A DNA stretch of 64,000 nt from an uncultured Gammaproteobacteria bacterium. GTDB lineage: Bacteria > Pseudomonadota > Gammaproteobacteria > CAISUE01. The notes under the pieces are model-generated. The model was not told where the DNA came from. It did not search any database and worked only from the letters and a program-made list of their open reading frames with translations. The stretch lies in assembly GCA_964471475.1 (NCBI GenBank), contig CAYYFQ010000001.1:2019-66018 (forward strand), read 5' to 3'. Positions 10,901-20,190 of this stretch are shown in pieces (position 1 is the first letter of the stretch; every line of letters starts with the position of its first letter). The position numbers and the translations under genes were made by a program.

Positions 10901-11614
10901 GAACAACTATTGCAAGCTCGCGGAGTGTTTGGGTTTTATCCTGCGAATACCGTGGATGATGATACGATTGAGATTTATGCCGATGAAACACGCCATAAAA
11001 TCATCGCACAATTTCATTGTTTGCGCCAACAAATGTCGCCACGCGCTGAAAAACCTAATTTAAGCCTGGCAGATTTTATTGCACCAAAAAATTCGCACAA
11101 AAAAGATTATTTAGGTTTATTCGCTGTAACAGCAGGCTTAAATTGTGACGAAATGGCAAGTGCTTTTGACGCTAAACAAGATAGCTATAACAGTCTGATG
11201 CTCAAAGCATTGGCAGATCGATTAGCCGAAGCCTTTGCCGAATTTTTACATGAAGAAGTCCGTAAAAAATATTGGGCTTATGCCCCTCAGGAGTTGTTGA
11301 ATAATGAGGCATTAATTGAAGAGCATTACCAAGGGATACGCCCTGCACCAGGCTACCCGGCGTGTCCAGATCATACTGATAAAAAAATAATTTTTGAGTT
11401 ATTGAATGCCACTGAACTTACTGGTATCGAGCTTACCGAAAGTCTTGCGATGTGGCCAGGTGCTTCTATTTGCGGTTTTTATTTTTCGCATCCTGAAGCA
11501 CGTTATTTCGGCACTGGCAAATTAGAAAAAGATCAAATCATTGATTACGCAAAACGTAAAAATATGGAATTGAGTGTGGTGGAAAAATGGTTAGCTTCGG
11601 TATTGCGGTATTGA
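7955..11614 (+). CDS. metH: cobalamin-dependent methionine synthase
   Basis: 1219-aa ORF with Hcy-binding, pterin-binding, B12-binding ([11 protein letters not shown], the DxHxxG motif) and AdoMet-activation domains in the canonical order. Confidence 0.95.
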   Translation: MLYQIIQERILFLDGAMGTMIQQYRLNEEDYRGSRFKNYARELKGNNDLLTLTQPHLIEEIYHAYLQAGSDIITTNTFNANRISMADYGMENLVVELNYHAALSAKKLANTIALHTPTKPRFVAGVLGPTNRTLSLSPDVNDPSFRNVNFSLLVETYREALDGLIKGGVDIILVETIFDTLNCKAALFAIQQYFEQHHLKLPIMISGTITDASGRTLSGQTTEAFWYSVKHVQPFAIGLNCALGATELRPYLEILSRIADTHVSAHPNAGLPNAFGNYDESPESMATTIGEFAASGFLNIVGGCCGTTPEHIEAIVEAVKACSPRHIPSIPKACRLSGLEALELNQKSLFCNVGERTNVTGSKKFARLIREKNYTEALHIALQQVNNGAQILDINMDEGLLDSQSEMVHFLNLIAGEPDIARIPLMIDSSKWEVIEAGLQCVQGKAIVNSISLKEGEEKFLAQAKLIHQYGAAAIVMAFDEKGQADSEDRKVEICTRAYHLLVNAGFPPEDIIFDANIFALATGIEAHNNYGVDFINAIKRIKSTLPHALTSGGISNVSFSFRGNDPLREAIHAVFLYHAIRAGLSMGIVNAGQLIVYDEIPRMLLERTEDVVLNRRADATERLLEVADSISTQSKTTTPDLSWREKSPVERLTHALVSGINTFIVEDTEAVRLQVKHPLEVIEGPLMDGMNVVGDLFGSGKMFLPQVVKSARVMKQAVAYLIPFIEACQDGRSQKVKGKIILATVKGDVHDIGKNIVAVVLQCNNYEVIDLGVMVPCQKILASAKEYEADFIGLSGLITPSLDEMEHIASEMERQSFNLPLLIGGATTSKMHTAVKIAPHYKHPVVYVKDASRVVNVVTHLLNSSLREGYWEEMQTDYARLTEAYHQKKSLAPSCPITAARANKLNINWEMYEPPAPTWLGIRALNHLNLTQLLPYIDWTPFFKSWGLAGKYPRILTDDIVGEAATQLFEDAQSMLQKILDEQLLQARGVFGFYPANTVDDDTIEIYADETRHKIIAQFHCLRQQMSPRAEKPNLSLADFIAPKNSHKKDYLGLFAVTAGLNCDEMASAFDAKQDSYNSLMLKALADRLAEAFAEFLHEEVRKKYWAYAPQELLNNEALIEEHYQGIRPAPGYPACPDHTDKKIIFELLNATELTGIELTESLAMWPGASICGFYFSHPEARYFGTGKLEKDQIIDYAKRKNMELSVVEKWLASVLRY

Positions 11615-11731
11615 GGGTGCCGCTTGATGATCAGGGTCTACACTGGTAGGACAAGATGCATGCGTAGACCCCGCTACAGCGTTGCCCCTCAAACACATCT
11701 AACAATTTTTGCCCCACACGAAGATTATTTA

Positions 11732-12589
11732 CTACGAAAGGTTTTCAAGAATCCGTACGCTAGGTTTTGCTTGGTTTAAGGTGTAAAAATGTAATGCAGG
11801 AGCCCCACCACGGAGCAAGGTTTCACATAACCTTGTCACCACATCCACACCAAAAGATTGCAAAGATTCCACATCTTCTCCATAACTTTCTAAATTTTTT
11901 AAAAGCCACAAAGGAATTTCAGCGCCACACATTTTAGAAAATCTTTGCAAATTTTTAAAATTTGTAATAGGCATGATGCCAGGCACAATGGGGACACGGA
12001 TACCCTTTTTATCACAGCGCTCCACAAAATAAAAATAAGCATCAGGATTGTAAAAATATTGCGTAATAACATTATCTGCTCCGGCGGCTACTTTTTGCTG
12101 TAAAAAATGTATATCGTGCGTTAAACTTTCAGCTTGAGGGTGCGGTTCTGGGTAACCTGCGACATGGATGTGAAAATATTTTCCGGTAGTCGCGCGGACA
12201 AATTCAATCAGTTCTATCGCAAATTTGAAATCGCTCTCGACGGTAGAATCAATCGGTAAGTCGCCGCGGAGAGCGACCAAATGATGAATGTTTTTTGCCC
12301 GATACCCTTCTAACTGTGCTGCTATTTGCTCACGTTGCAAACCCAAGCAAGTTAAGTGGGGGGCAATTGGCACAGGGTGCTTATTTTGCAAAGAAAAAAC
12401 TGTCTCATGGGTAAACTGCTGTGTACGGCCTCCAGCACCATGCGTGACGGAAAAATAACGAGGGTGAAATGCTGTTAAGGCTTCGATATTCACATGCAAT
12501 TTTACTAAATCGTCAGCACTTTTAGGCGGGAAAAATTCAAAACTGACTGGAGGAAACATAAAGATGGATAAAATATAAGATGCGGGCAT
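11732..12589 (-). CDS. metF: 5,10-methylenetetrahydrofolate reductase
   Basis: Contains VSFEFFPPK..., SVTHGAGG, HLTC and VALRGD motifs. The true start may be the internal Met at 12559. Confidence 0.9.
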   Translation of the reverse strand: MPASYILSIFMFPPVSFEFFPPKSADDLVKLHVNIEALTAFHPRYFSVTHGAGGRTQQFTHETVFSLQNKHPVPIAPHLTCLGLQREQIAAQLEGYRAKNIHHLVALRGDLPIDSTVESDFKFAIELIEFVRATTGKYFHIHVAGYPEPHPQAESLTHDIHFLQQKVAAGADNVITQYFYNPDAYFYFVERCDKKGIRVPIVPGIMPITNFKNLQRFSKMCGAEIPLWLLKNLESYGEDVESLQSFGVDVVTRLCETLLRGGAPALHFYTLNQAKPSVRILENLS

Positions 12590-12666
12590 TGTAACATTAA
12601 ATGACAGCCAATTAGCGATGAGCTATAATGCCACCGTATCATTTTCTCAAAAAAGGAACTTTTTTC

Positions 12667-13203
12667 ATGAAAACTTTTAAATCACTTGCTATATTTGCTC
12701 TTTTTACGACTCTTCCTTGCTTAAGCTTTGCCACTTCTTTGGATACAACTTTCAGCCAACCTGAAATTACCCGAATAGATATTGCTCCTAGCGAGCAAAG
12801 CTTAAACGAACTTCCCACAGGTTCACTCGTAAAAGTGGGGGATGATTATTATCATGCGGCAAGCCCAGAAGCCATCACCTCTTATACACAAATAATCAAT
12901 GACTATCATGGAAACATCAAGGGGATTACTCCTGCTATCATAAGACAAGGCAAAACAGGACGCGAAGTTTTTAAAGATACTAACGCGATGCAAGAGAAAA
13001 AAATTATTTTCCCAACGCTCCAAGATTTACATAGATTTGATCATGACAGTAACACTAATCCTGCGTTACGTGATTATGTAGAATCTACCGGCCGCGGCAA
13101 TTATAAATTTGTGATGACTCCTCATCACCCCGTTGATTCCAAGAAGATTTATCGATTCGACCGCCTGCATATGCCAGAACCATCTCAGGTTTCCAGAAAA
13201 TAA
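12667..13203 (+). CDS. hypothetical secreted protein (ORFan)
   Basis: Starting at MKTFKSLAIFALFTTLPCLSFATS gives a clean Sec signal peptide. No recognisable domain. The 3' end overlaps the convergent 949-aa ORF by 19 nt. Confidence 0.5.
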   Translation: MKTFKSLAIFALFTTLPCLSFATSLDTTFSQPEITRIDIAPSEQSLNELPTGSLVKVGDDYYHAASPEAITSYTQIINDYHGNIKGITPAIIRQGKTGREVFKDTNAMQEKKIIFPTLQDLHRFDHDSNTNPALRDYVESTGRGNYKFVMTPHHPVDSKKIYRFDRLHMPEPSQVSRK

Positions 13204-16034
13204 TGATTGGTTATACTCTCCTCTTCCCTTGTGGGAGAGGGGGCTGAAACGCAAAGCGTCGAAGGAGAACTTGGTGCAGGCTCTACAAACACCGCACGAG
13301 GAAAGTTGGCTGCAACCAACGCTTCATAGGAGATAATATCTGGTTCTGGTATCGGTAATTTTGTTTCAATATACGCTATGATTTTGTTTACCATTCCTTT
13401 TAATTCGAGACTAGTTTCTGAGTCTTTCACAGCTAATAAACTTGTGTGTAACTCTCTCAGAGCATCCTCATGATGCCCCCTGAACAATCCTAAGAGTGCA
13501 TCATAAATTATTTGATGGTTGGGAGGGCGCATAGATAAATCAACCGTAAACTCTCCTCTCATGAAACCAGTGATAATCGCATGAGTAGAACGTCGATCTA
13601 CTAATTCCCAATAAAGTAAATGCACAAATAATAAAAAATTAAGTCTGCACAATTTCTTTAAGCTTAGATCACAATATTGAATACCTTTCTCTCTGTCTGC
13701 TGTTGCTTCTGCGCTTCCTACGATAGTGTGCACAAAAGTGGAAGCCACAGTAAAATCAGTAGCTACTAAATCTGCATTACTGTAAAGCATGGCTGAAAAC
13801 AAGGATAAGTATTCGTCATCAGTTGCTATTTTATAATGTGTTTGTTGAACATTTAAGGATTCTATCAACACCCTTCTGGCATTTTGACCATGTGGAGTGT
13901 TTACGAACTCGAGTAATTCTACAATTAATTTTTTAGTATCAGGGTGGTAGAAGCAATTTCTGTTACCGCTGTAACCTGCATCTTCTTCAGCCAACATAAA
14001 AAAAATACTTAGCCTATAAGGAGATGCCTTCATGGGTGTAAACACGCACTCCGCCCAGCGATTCTTATGCTGTATTCCAACGTTCTCCCATATACATCCC
14101 ATCACATAGTGAAAAAGATTTCTTTCAGGATTAGTACGCGCTATGCCGTATACGTCCCCTAACAAATTCTCAAAAACATGTTTTTCTTCTCTATTCGAAG
14201 AATTTTTTAAATCAAAAAAACCCTCTGTAAATTTTTCCATCATGGAAACTACATCTGCTTTTCGCGCAAAATCAAAAAATTTTTCCAAAAGAATTTTGCT
14301 TTTGTCTTGCATTTCAAATATCGATTTAATAAGTGCTTTGGTAAAATTAGGAAAATCAGAGGGAACCGGAAATACCTTAACAATTTCTGCCGCACATACA
14401 GATAAAAATTTTTCAAAAAATGGCGTCGTATTTTCGCCCTCTACAATCTCACATAATTTATTCCATAAGTCTTTTTGTATTCCCCTTAAAACTTCAGGAT
14501 CCATCCTCTCATAGAATTCTACTATTGCGTCCGATTTATAATTTCTCACTAATCGACTGAATTTCTGAAGGATATCCTTCAAGGCTCTAGGTTCTATAAC
14601 ACCTTCTCTATCATTGGGTGAATGTATTGCCACCGATGAAACAATGGGTGTATGTGACCCAGAAGAAGCAGCAGAAGGGCTTTGCGCGGGCTTAGGTGAT
14701 TTATTTTTTTTCGGTGGGTGCTTTTTTTTTCTTCGTAATGTTTTTTCATTACTAAATGAAGGGGAGGCTCCGGGTTCTTCTCGAGCTGATTCAATCACAT
14801 CTGGAGCTGGTGGTTTTGGAGATGATTCACTTGCAGGTGCAGCAGGTGGTTCTGAAGGTGATTTAATCACAGAAGGAGCTAAAGTCACTTTATCGCTTGA
14901 GCCCGAAGGTTTCTCCAGTTTGATGCGTGAGAGCGCTGCGGCTCCAGAAGTGCTCGCACTACTTTGTTCAACTGGAGTTTCTGATACAAGACCGAAAGAC
15001 TCTTTTATAAACTTGCATAATTTTTCTAAATTTTTCACATAGTTTCGTTGATTTTCTCTTTCATCGATCGGCTCCCTAACTCGTTTATATTTAAAACGAA
15101 ACGTATCCAGCTTTCTTGCTTTTTTTACATGATGATCACGTTCTTTATCTTTTTTCAGATATTGATGATAGTCTTCGCCATCACATTCCACACCAAACTT
15201 TAAATGTTGTTCTTTGTACGTAATGGTGAAAACCGCATCCAACCAAGTATTAAAAAATTGATCCTCTTCCACATAATCTACACTTATATTAAACGGTAGT
15301 GTTTTGAGCAAATCCTTTTTCAAAGTTTTCATTAACTCTCTTTGCCACGGAGGTGGTTCTTGGTGTCTCTCCGATAAACGTACTAACCAAGAAGAAGGGA
15401 CTTCTCTATACAATTCTGCATCAAGATAACACCCTGTTAATTTTGACAGAACGGGAAGCGGTAGCCTTTCTGCCATCTCCTCTAAGTCTGCTTGACACCA
15501 ATTTTTCTGATAGGCTAAGAAAGATGCACTGACTGCTCTTAGTAGGTTTTGCATCACAGCGTTTAAATGAGCCGGCTCAGCCAAAACATACCATTCGCCC
15601 AATTTAAAAATCATGGATAGATCGAAATCTAGCGTCTTATTAAAATTCTCCAACCAGTTTTCACAGGATTGATGTCCGTGAGAAGGGGGTTGATGGTGGT
15701 GAGATCGCGCTGGAAGATATTCCAACCATTTTAAAAAATTATTTTCATTACCATAATGAATCATAATTCCAAAAAAAGTCAGGCCTCCGCCCTCAAGTGA
15801 GATCACCGTTGAAGTTAGTAAAGCATACATCTCTTCAGGACGATGTTGAAAAACATGCGCAATGATATCCAGCAACACATCCAAGTTATCAGAGGTCAGT
15901 TGTAGTGAAACTAATTCTGTAATGAAGGTAACGGCTTGTGCTACTACGCTCGCATCTGCTGCTCTCGGCAAAACGCGAATAGCACGAACATCCTCAGGAC
16001 TTTTGATAGTATTAAGATTAAGTACAGGCCACAC
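13185..16034 (-). CDS. large hypothetical protein, effector-like, with a possible DUF559/Vsr-like nuclease motif and an NLS-like basic cluster
   Basis: Uninterrupted 949-aa ORF with no signal peptide. It contains LDAVF...KFGVECDGEDYH...KERDHHVKKARKLDTFRFKY, a central Pro/Ser/Lys-rich linker with RRKKKHPPKKNKSPKP, and a helical C-terminal half. The last ~28 codons run through REP unit 13216-13269. Confidence 0.6.
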   Translation of the reverse strand: MWPVLNLNTIKSPEDVRAIRVLPRAADASVVAQAVTFITELVSLQLTSDNLDVLLDIIAHVFQHRPEEMYALLTSTVISLEGGGLTFFGIMIHYGNENNFLKWLEYLPARSHHHQPPSHGHQSCENWLENFNKTLDFDLSMIFKLGEWYVLAEPAHLNAVMQNLLRAVSASFLAYQKNWCQADLEEMAERLPLPVLSKLTGCYLDAELYREVPSSWLVRLSERHQEPPPWQRELMKTLKKDLLKTLPFNISVDYVEEDQFFNTWLDAVFTITYKEQHLKFGVECDGEDYHQYLKKDKERDHHVKKARKLDTFRFKYKRVREPIDERENQRNYVKNLEKLCKFIKESFGLVSETPVEQSSASTSGAAALSRIKLEKPSGSSDKVTLAPSVIKSPSEPPAAPASESSPKPPAPDVIESAREEPGASPSFSNEKTLRRKKKHPPKKNKSPKPAQSPSAASSGSHTPIVSSVAIHSPNDREGVIEPRALKDILQKFSRLVRNYKSDAIVEFYERMDPEVLRGIQKDLWNKLCEIVEGENTTPFFEKFLSVCAAEIVKVFPVPSDFPNFTKALIKSIFEMQDKSKILLEKFFDFARKADVVSMMEKFTEGFFDLKNSSNREEKHVFENLLGDVYGIARTNPERNLFHYVMGCIWENVGIQHKNRWAECVFTPMKASPYRLSIFFMLAEEDAGYSGNRNCFYHPDTKKLIVELLEFVNTPHGQNARRVLIESLNVQQTHYKIATDDEYLSLFSAMLYSNADLVATDFTVASTFVHTIVGSAEATADREKGIQYCDLSLKKLCRLNFLLFVHLLYWELVDRRSTHAIITGFMRGEFTVDLSMRPPNHQIIYDALLGLFRGHHEDALRELHTSLLAVKDSETSLELKGMVNKIIAYIETKLPIPEPDIISYEALVAANFPRAVFVEPAPSSPSTLCVSAPSPTREEESITNHYFLET
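13216..13269. repeat. REP-like element, family B, single unit
   Basis: ctctcctcttcccttgtgggagagggggctgaaacgcaaagcgtcgaaggagaa shares the ctcYccttgtggg and cgcaaagcg cores with 5823-5940. Confidence 0.6.
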
Positions 16035-16143
16035 GATGTATTCTTATTATTATTATCATTCTATCATTATAGTAGTATAGTTGCATTGTACGCAACGAAA
16101 GCTTAAGAAAGCGTTAAGGGCCTCTCGAAAGTAACTAGTCACC

Positions 16144-16301
16144 CTCTGCACTGGACAAAAATTTAAAAGCTACTTGAAAAAGCTTGTTAAAAACGCTGTC
16201 GCCCCGCGATTTATTCGCGGGGCCCAAGGTTTCAACTTTTTGGATCCCGCGAATAAATCGCGGATGATGACAGCTTCAGAGATTTTTTGTCCAGTGCAGA
16301 G
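16144..16301. mobile_element. MITE-like element, family D
   Basis: 18-bp terminal inverted repeats: ctctgcactggacaaaaa at 16144-16161 and tttttgtccagtgcagag at 16284-16301. Two mutually inverted internal hairpins are ccccgcga-tttat-tcgcgggg (16202-16222) and ccgcga-ataaa-tcgcgg (about 16247-16263). Confidence 0.7.
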
Positions 16302-16411
16302 ATTAATATTAGGTTAAGGTTTTTTCTTCTAAAACATGCTATGATGCACTCATCATAAAAATAACAAATAAAATAACATGTTAATAAAAATAAGCTTTTT
16401 AGTCTCAGGAC

Positions 16412-17830
16412 ATGGAAAACAGAAGCAACCTAAAAAAAGGGGTTAGTTATATGGTAAATAAGATAGCAACAGGTGAGAAACGCCTATTATCTGCAGAATT
16501 GAAGATAACCTTGTGGTCACTTTTTGACCTTTTGACTCGACTTGAAAGATTACAAGATAAATCCATCCGCTTGAAATCTGAAGCCAATCTATCTAAGAAA
16601 ATTGAAGGCAAACGCGAAATAGCAGTAGATTTGACTCGTGAAGCACAACAATTAGAGAGCCTCAATATCGCTCTACACGACCCTCTATCATTGGCTGATC
16701 TTCCCCTCTCTGATGACAAAATACTACAACAAATTTATCGCGCTCAATTTATTCTTTATCAGCATTATTTAAAAGAGTTCCTTCTCATTTTAATTAAAGA
16801 TGAGACGGGCGAAAGTACAGAGATCGAAAAGAAGTTACTTGAAAAAAACATACTGCCTACATTAGTTAATCGATTAGAGATGGGGGATTTGCAAGAAATA
16901 CTTCTTGCAATTGATCCGCCTGGAATTGAGCGGCTTGATAAGATATTCTTACCACAAGACTCCCTCTCAACTCATTCACACTTTTTAAACAACATACAAA
17001 ATGCACGCAAGGCTTCTACCTTTTCTTCCATGCAACCTCCATTGTCCAGCCCATCAAGCATTTCAAGTGGTAGTCGCCGTGAGTTTTTCCCCATATTTTC
17101 CCTAAATGCTAGCAAAAAAAACTCTCGCACTCCTATTAAATTAGCAGACCTCCAAACTACGCCGGCTTTAATTTTATCTTTTAATCCATCGCGTTTAAAA
17201 GAAAAATACGATATTCGCAAAGCATTAGCCACGATGAGTGCAAAGGAAGCACAAAGAATGTTAACGCAGATCGCACAATCCATTGCTGATGCTAATGAGC
17301 CAAAGCAAATAGACGCTTTTTTAGCATTTTGTAACCCAAATTCAACATGGGTATGGGCACGATTCGGTTTTCTTTATAACCCTTTCGCAGCGCTTCAGAG
17401 AGAAGATGACAAAAGTAATCTCCATATATTTTTAAATAAACTCGACATCAGAATTCTAGTGCCTCTGTTAATCATGCGACCTACCTTATTAACAAGTCTT
17501 GTCACTGAAACAAAGCAAGTATCCCTGCCCCACAAGAGAGGCAATTCACAGAAACAACTTGATACCTCGATGGCAATGACGGTCGCAACTGCCCTGTTCG
17601 CCCGCATCACAGACGCTCATTCAGGCTTCACCAGTCCAACAATAGAAGAACTACAAGAGCTTGCCACGAACCCTGAAAAGCTTAAAGAAAAATTACGCGC
17701 TTACGATAGCAACTTGTTACCAACAGGCTCTCTATACAAATCCAACTCTTCTCAAGCAAAAACATCGGTACCTTCCGAAATAGATTCAGGAGAACCAGCG
17801 CGGAAAGGTCCAGGAGCGTTCACCCAATAA
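16412..17830 (+). CDS. hypothetical protein (ORFan, effector-like)
   Basis: 472-aa ORF with no signal peptide, a coiled-coil-like N-terminus and Ser/Pro-rich patches. An alternative start is at 16451 (MVNK). The 3' end overlaps the convergent permease gene by 45 nt. Confidence 0.55.
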   Translation: MENRSNLKKGVSYMVNKIATGEKRLLSAELKITLWSLFDLLTRLERLQDKSIRLKSEANLSKKIEGKREIAVDLTREAQQLESLNIALHDPLSLADLPLSDDKILQQIYRAQFILYQHYLKEFLLILIKDETGESTEIEKKLLEKNILPTLVNRLEMGDLQEILLAIDPPGIERLDKIFLPQDSLSTHSHFLNNIQNARKASTFSSMQPPLSSPSSISSGSRREFFPIFSLNASKKNSRTPIKLADLQTTPALILSFNPSRLKEKYDIRKALATMSAKEAQRMLTQIAQSIADANEPKQIDAFLAFCNPNSTWVWARFGFLYNPFAALQREDDKSNLHIFLNKLDIRILVPLLIMRPTLLTSLVTETKQVSLPHKRGNSQKQLDTSMAMTVATALFARITDAHSGFTSPTIEELQELATNPEKLKEKLRAYDSNLLPTGSLYKSNSSQAKTSVPSEIDSGEPARKGPGAFTQ

Positions 17831-18622
17831 TCCCATCAAATAACACCCCAACACAATGCCACTGATCCAAAAGCTCAGTGGCCAGTTGGTGAGAGCAGAC
17901 ACCACTAATCCTACCCACATGATCAGTAAATTTAATAACACCGACAACCCCATGCCACTCCAAAAACCTTGAGAGCATTTTATCGCAATGGCAGGAGGCC
18001 CAATCAATAAAGTAAAAACTAATAAAATCCCGACCGCTTGACTCGTTAAAGTAATTGCGATGGCTAATAAAATGAAAAAACCATATTGCAAACGACGAAT
18101 GGGTAAGCCACGCGCCGCAGAAAGTTCTGGCAATAAAGCGCTCACCCACAAAGGACGCGCTAAAGCAAAAATCGCGACAATACTTAAAGCGCTAAGCACT
18201 CCCATTTGTTTAAGATCCGTATCACTCACGCTAATTAAACTGCCAAATAAAATTCGATTGATACTACCCGCATAATGATTGTATAAATAAAGAAACAAGC
18301 TTCCCAAGCCTAAAGAAAATGCCAAAATAACGCCAATGCTATTCTCATTGCGCTGGGTACGCTCCCCTAATGCCACCATTAGAATCGCCGCCATCACCGT
18401 TAAAGCAAGCTGGCCCATCATTAAAGACAATCCCACTAATCCAGCACCACATGCACCTGCAAAACCAATATGGCTTAAGGCATGTGAGGTAAAACTTAAA
18501 CGCTTTAAGACCACAAAATAACCCACGACGCCAGCTAACACTGCCACAATAGTACCTGCTAAAAAAGCATTGCGCATAAAATCATACTGTGTCAACAAAT
18601 ATAAACTCGCAATAGAAGACAT
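17786..18622 (-). CDS. metal ABC transporter permease (ABC-3 family, ZnuB/MntB-like)
   Basis: 278-aa polytopic protein with YDFMRNAFLAGTIVAV...SHALSHIGFAG, typical of ABC-3 permeases. Confidence 0.85.
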   Translation of the reverse strand: MSSIASLYLLTQYDFMRNAFLAGTIVAVLAGVVGYFVVLKRLSFTSHALSHIGFAGACGAGLVGLSLMMGQLALTVMAAILMVALGERTQRNENSIGVILAFSLGLGSLFLYLYNHYAGSINRILFGSLISVSDTDLKQMGVLSALSIVAIFALARPLWVSALLPELSAARGLPIRRLQYGFFILLAIAITLTSQAVGILLVFTLLIGPPAIAIKCSQGFWSGMGLSVLLNLLIMWVGLVVSALTNWPLSFWISGIVLGCYLMGLLGERSWTFPRWFS

Positions 18623-18626
18623 ACGT

Positions 18627-19406
18627 TTAGCCCCCCTCCTTTTGCACTACAAAATATCGATCGTCATAATGAATCACTTCCATGGACGTTTGATAAAGCT
18701 CAGATAGTTTTTTGCTATTTAACACACTGTGAATATCTCCCAAGAGCGCATGACCTTTAGCCAAATAAAGCACGCGCGTCATCACTTGAATAAAAGGATT
18801 AATATCATGAGTAGTTAATAAAATCGTTACATGATTTTCACGCTTCAATCGACTTAAAATTTCAATAAATTTTTCTTGCTGCCGAAAATCTAAATTTGCT
18901 AAAGGTTCATCCAACAATAAAACTTTAGGTTGACTCAGCAATGCTTGCGCTAACATCACGCGCCGCTGCTGGCCGCCTGAACAATCACCAAAGGCTTTGT
19001 GTGCAAAATCTAAAGCTTCCACTTGCTCTAAAGCAATGCGAATTTCCTCCGCTTGTGTGGTAGACAAATGCGGCAAACCCCATTGATGCGCTTGTGCTGC
19101 TGCGCTTAATAAAGTAAAAGCATTCAGATGACTTAGCTCTGACTGCATTAATAATTGAGGCATATACCCAATACCCACACAATCTTGATGAGGATCGTGG
19201 TTTAAAACTTTTAACAAACCTTTCAATGGCGGGATCGAGCCGAGCAGTGTTTTTAACAAAGTACTTTTGCCAGCTCCATTAGGACCTAAAACCACCACAA
19301 ATTCGCCAGAATAAATTTGCGCTGAAAAATCGCTGACAATCGCTTGTTTTTTGTAACCCACTGTGAGGTGCTGCGCTTCGATGACTGCTTGATGAACGTG
19401 ACTCAT
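18627..19406 (-). CDS. metal ABC transporter ATP-binding protein (ZnuC/MntA-like)
   Basis: Walker A GPNGAGKST, signature SGGQQRR and Walker B LLLDEP. It lies directly upstream of the ABC-3 permease. Confidence 0.85.
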   Translation of the reverse strand: MSHVHQAVIEAQHLTVGYKKQAIVSDFSAQIYSGEFVVVLGPNGAGKSTLLKTLLGSIPPLKGLLKVLNHDPHQDCVGIGYMPQLLMQSELSHLNAFTLLSAAAQAHQWGLPHLSTTQAEEIRIALEQVEALDFAHKAFGDCSGGQQRRVMLAQALLSQPKVLLLDEPLANLDFRQQEKFIEILSRLKRENHVTILLTTHDINPFIQVMTRVLYLAKGHALLGDIHSVLNSKKLSELYQTSMEVIHYDDRYFVVQKEGG

Positions 19407-20173
19407 AGATAATAATATTTATAAAAAGTTCCCATAATAGCAAATAACATTAACAAAATAAAAACTATCCTCAACCATTTGAGTCCTTTGTATATCACCA
19501 TATGTGCTCCCAAACGACCACCAATAAAAGCGCCGACTGCCATGCAAACTCCAGGAATAAACGCCACTTTACCTATAATTAAAAATACTGCTAAAGAACC
19601 TATATTCCCCACAAGGTTGAGAGGCTTCGCATACATGGTGGCAAGACGAAGATTCCATCGGAGACCACTCATTAAACTGATCATCCAAATACTGCCAGTT
19701 CCAGGGCCAAAGAACCCATTGTAAAAACCAATCAATGGACTAGATAAGCAAGCAAATTTTTTGCTCATCGTATGATCATCTTTAGCTAGTTCCTGTTGTG
19801 GCAAACGCATCAACAAAAACCATATAAAGACAAGCAATAATAAAAAAGGAATTGCTTTTTGAAGCCACAGCTGTGGCATATAGTGTAAAGCAATCGTTCC
19901 GCTCGCTGCCGCTATAAAAATAATGGGTAACGCGAAGCCAATGGGGCGAAAACTAATTTCTCCATAACGAAAAAAATGTAAGCTTGCAGAAAACTCTGCA
20001 AAAATAGTTTGCAGTCGCAAAGTTCCAAATGCAAAAGTAGGACTAATCCCAGCAAACAATAACGCAGGGAGATTCAATAATCCCCCACCACCTGCTAATG
20101 TATCAATAAAACCAGCAACCGTAGCCACTGTGGTGAGAAATAACAATATAACAACAGAATAGTGAGCTAACAT
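19403..20173 (-). CDS. TSUP (TauE/SafE) family membrane transporter
   Basis: 256-aa ORF with about 8 TM segments and the GGGGLLNLPALL motif. It overlaps the downstream ABC ATPase gene by 4 nt. Confidence 0.8.
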   Translation of the reverse strand: MLAHYSVVILLFLTTVATVAGFIDTLAGGGGLLNLPALLFAGISPTFAFGTLRLQTIFAEFSASLHFFRYGEISFRPIGFALPIIFIAAASGTIALHYMPQLWLQKAIPFLLLLVFIWFLLMRLPQQELAKDDHTMSKKFACLSSPLIGFYNGFFGPGTGSIWMISLMSGLRWNLRLATMYAKPLNLVGNIGSLAVFLIIGKVAFIPGVCMAVGAFIGGRLGAHMVIYKGLKWLRIVFILLMLFAIMGTFYKYYYL

Positions 20174-20190
20174 AGCGTAACCCCAAGATT

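Noticed and set aside
11634-11671. Hairpin gggtctac...(22 nt)...gtagaccc between convergent metH and metF as a terminator
   Set aside because: The stem is only 8 bp with a large loop and no flanking U/A tract. This is too weak to call, although some 3'-end function is possible.
13066-13336. ORFs 13066..13254 (-) and 13133..13336 (+)
   Set aside because: They are short ORFs spanning the REP-like unit and the overlap of two better-supported convergent genes. The PLPLWERG-type peptide is the usual spurious translation of this repeat class.
14614-15042. 142-aa plus-strand ORF
   Set aside because: It is antisense to the low-complexity Pro/Ser linker of the 949-aa gene. Its Gly/Ala-rich translation is a mirror-image artefact.
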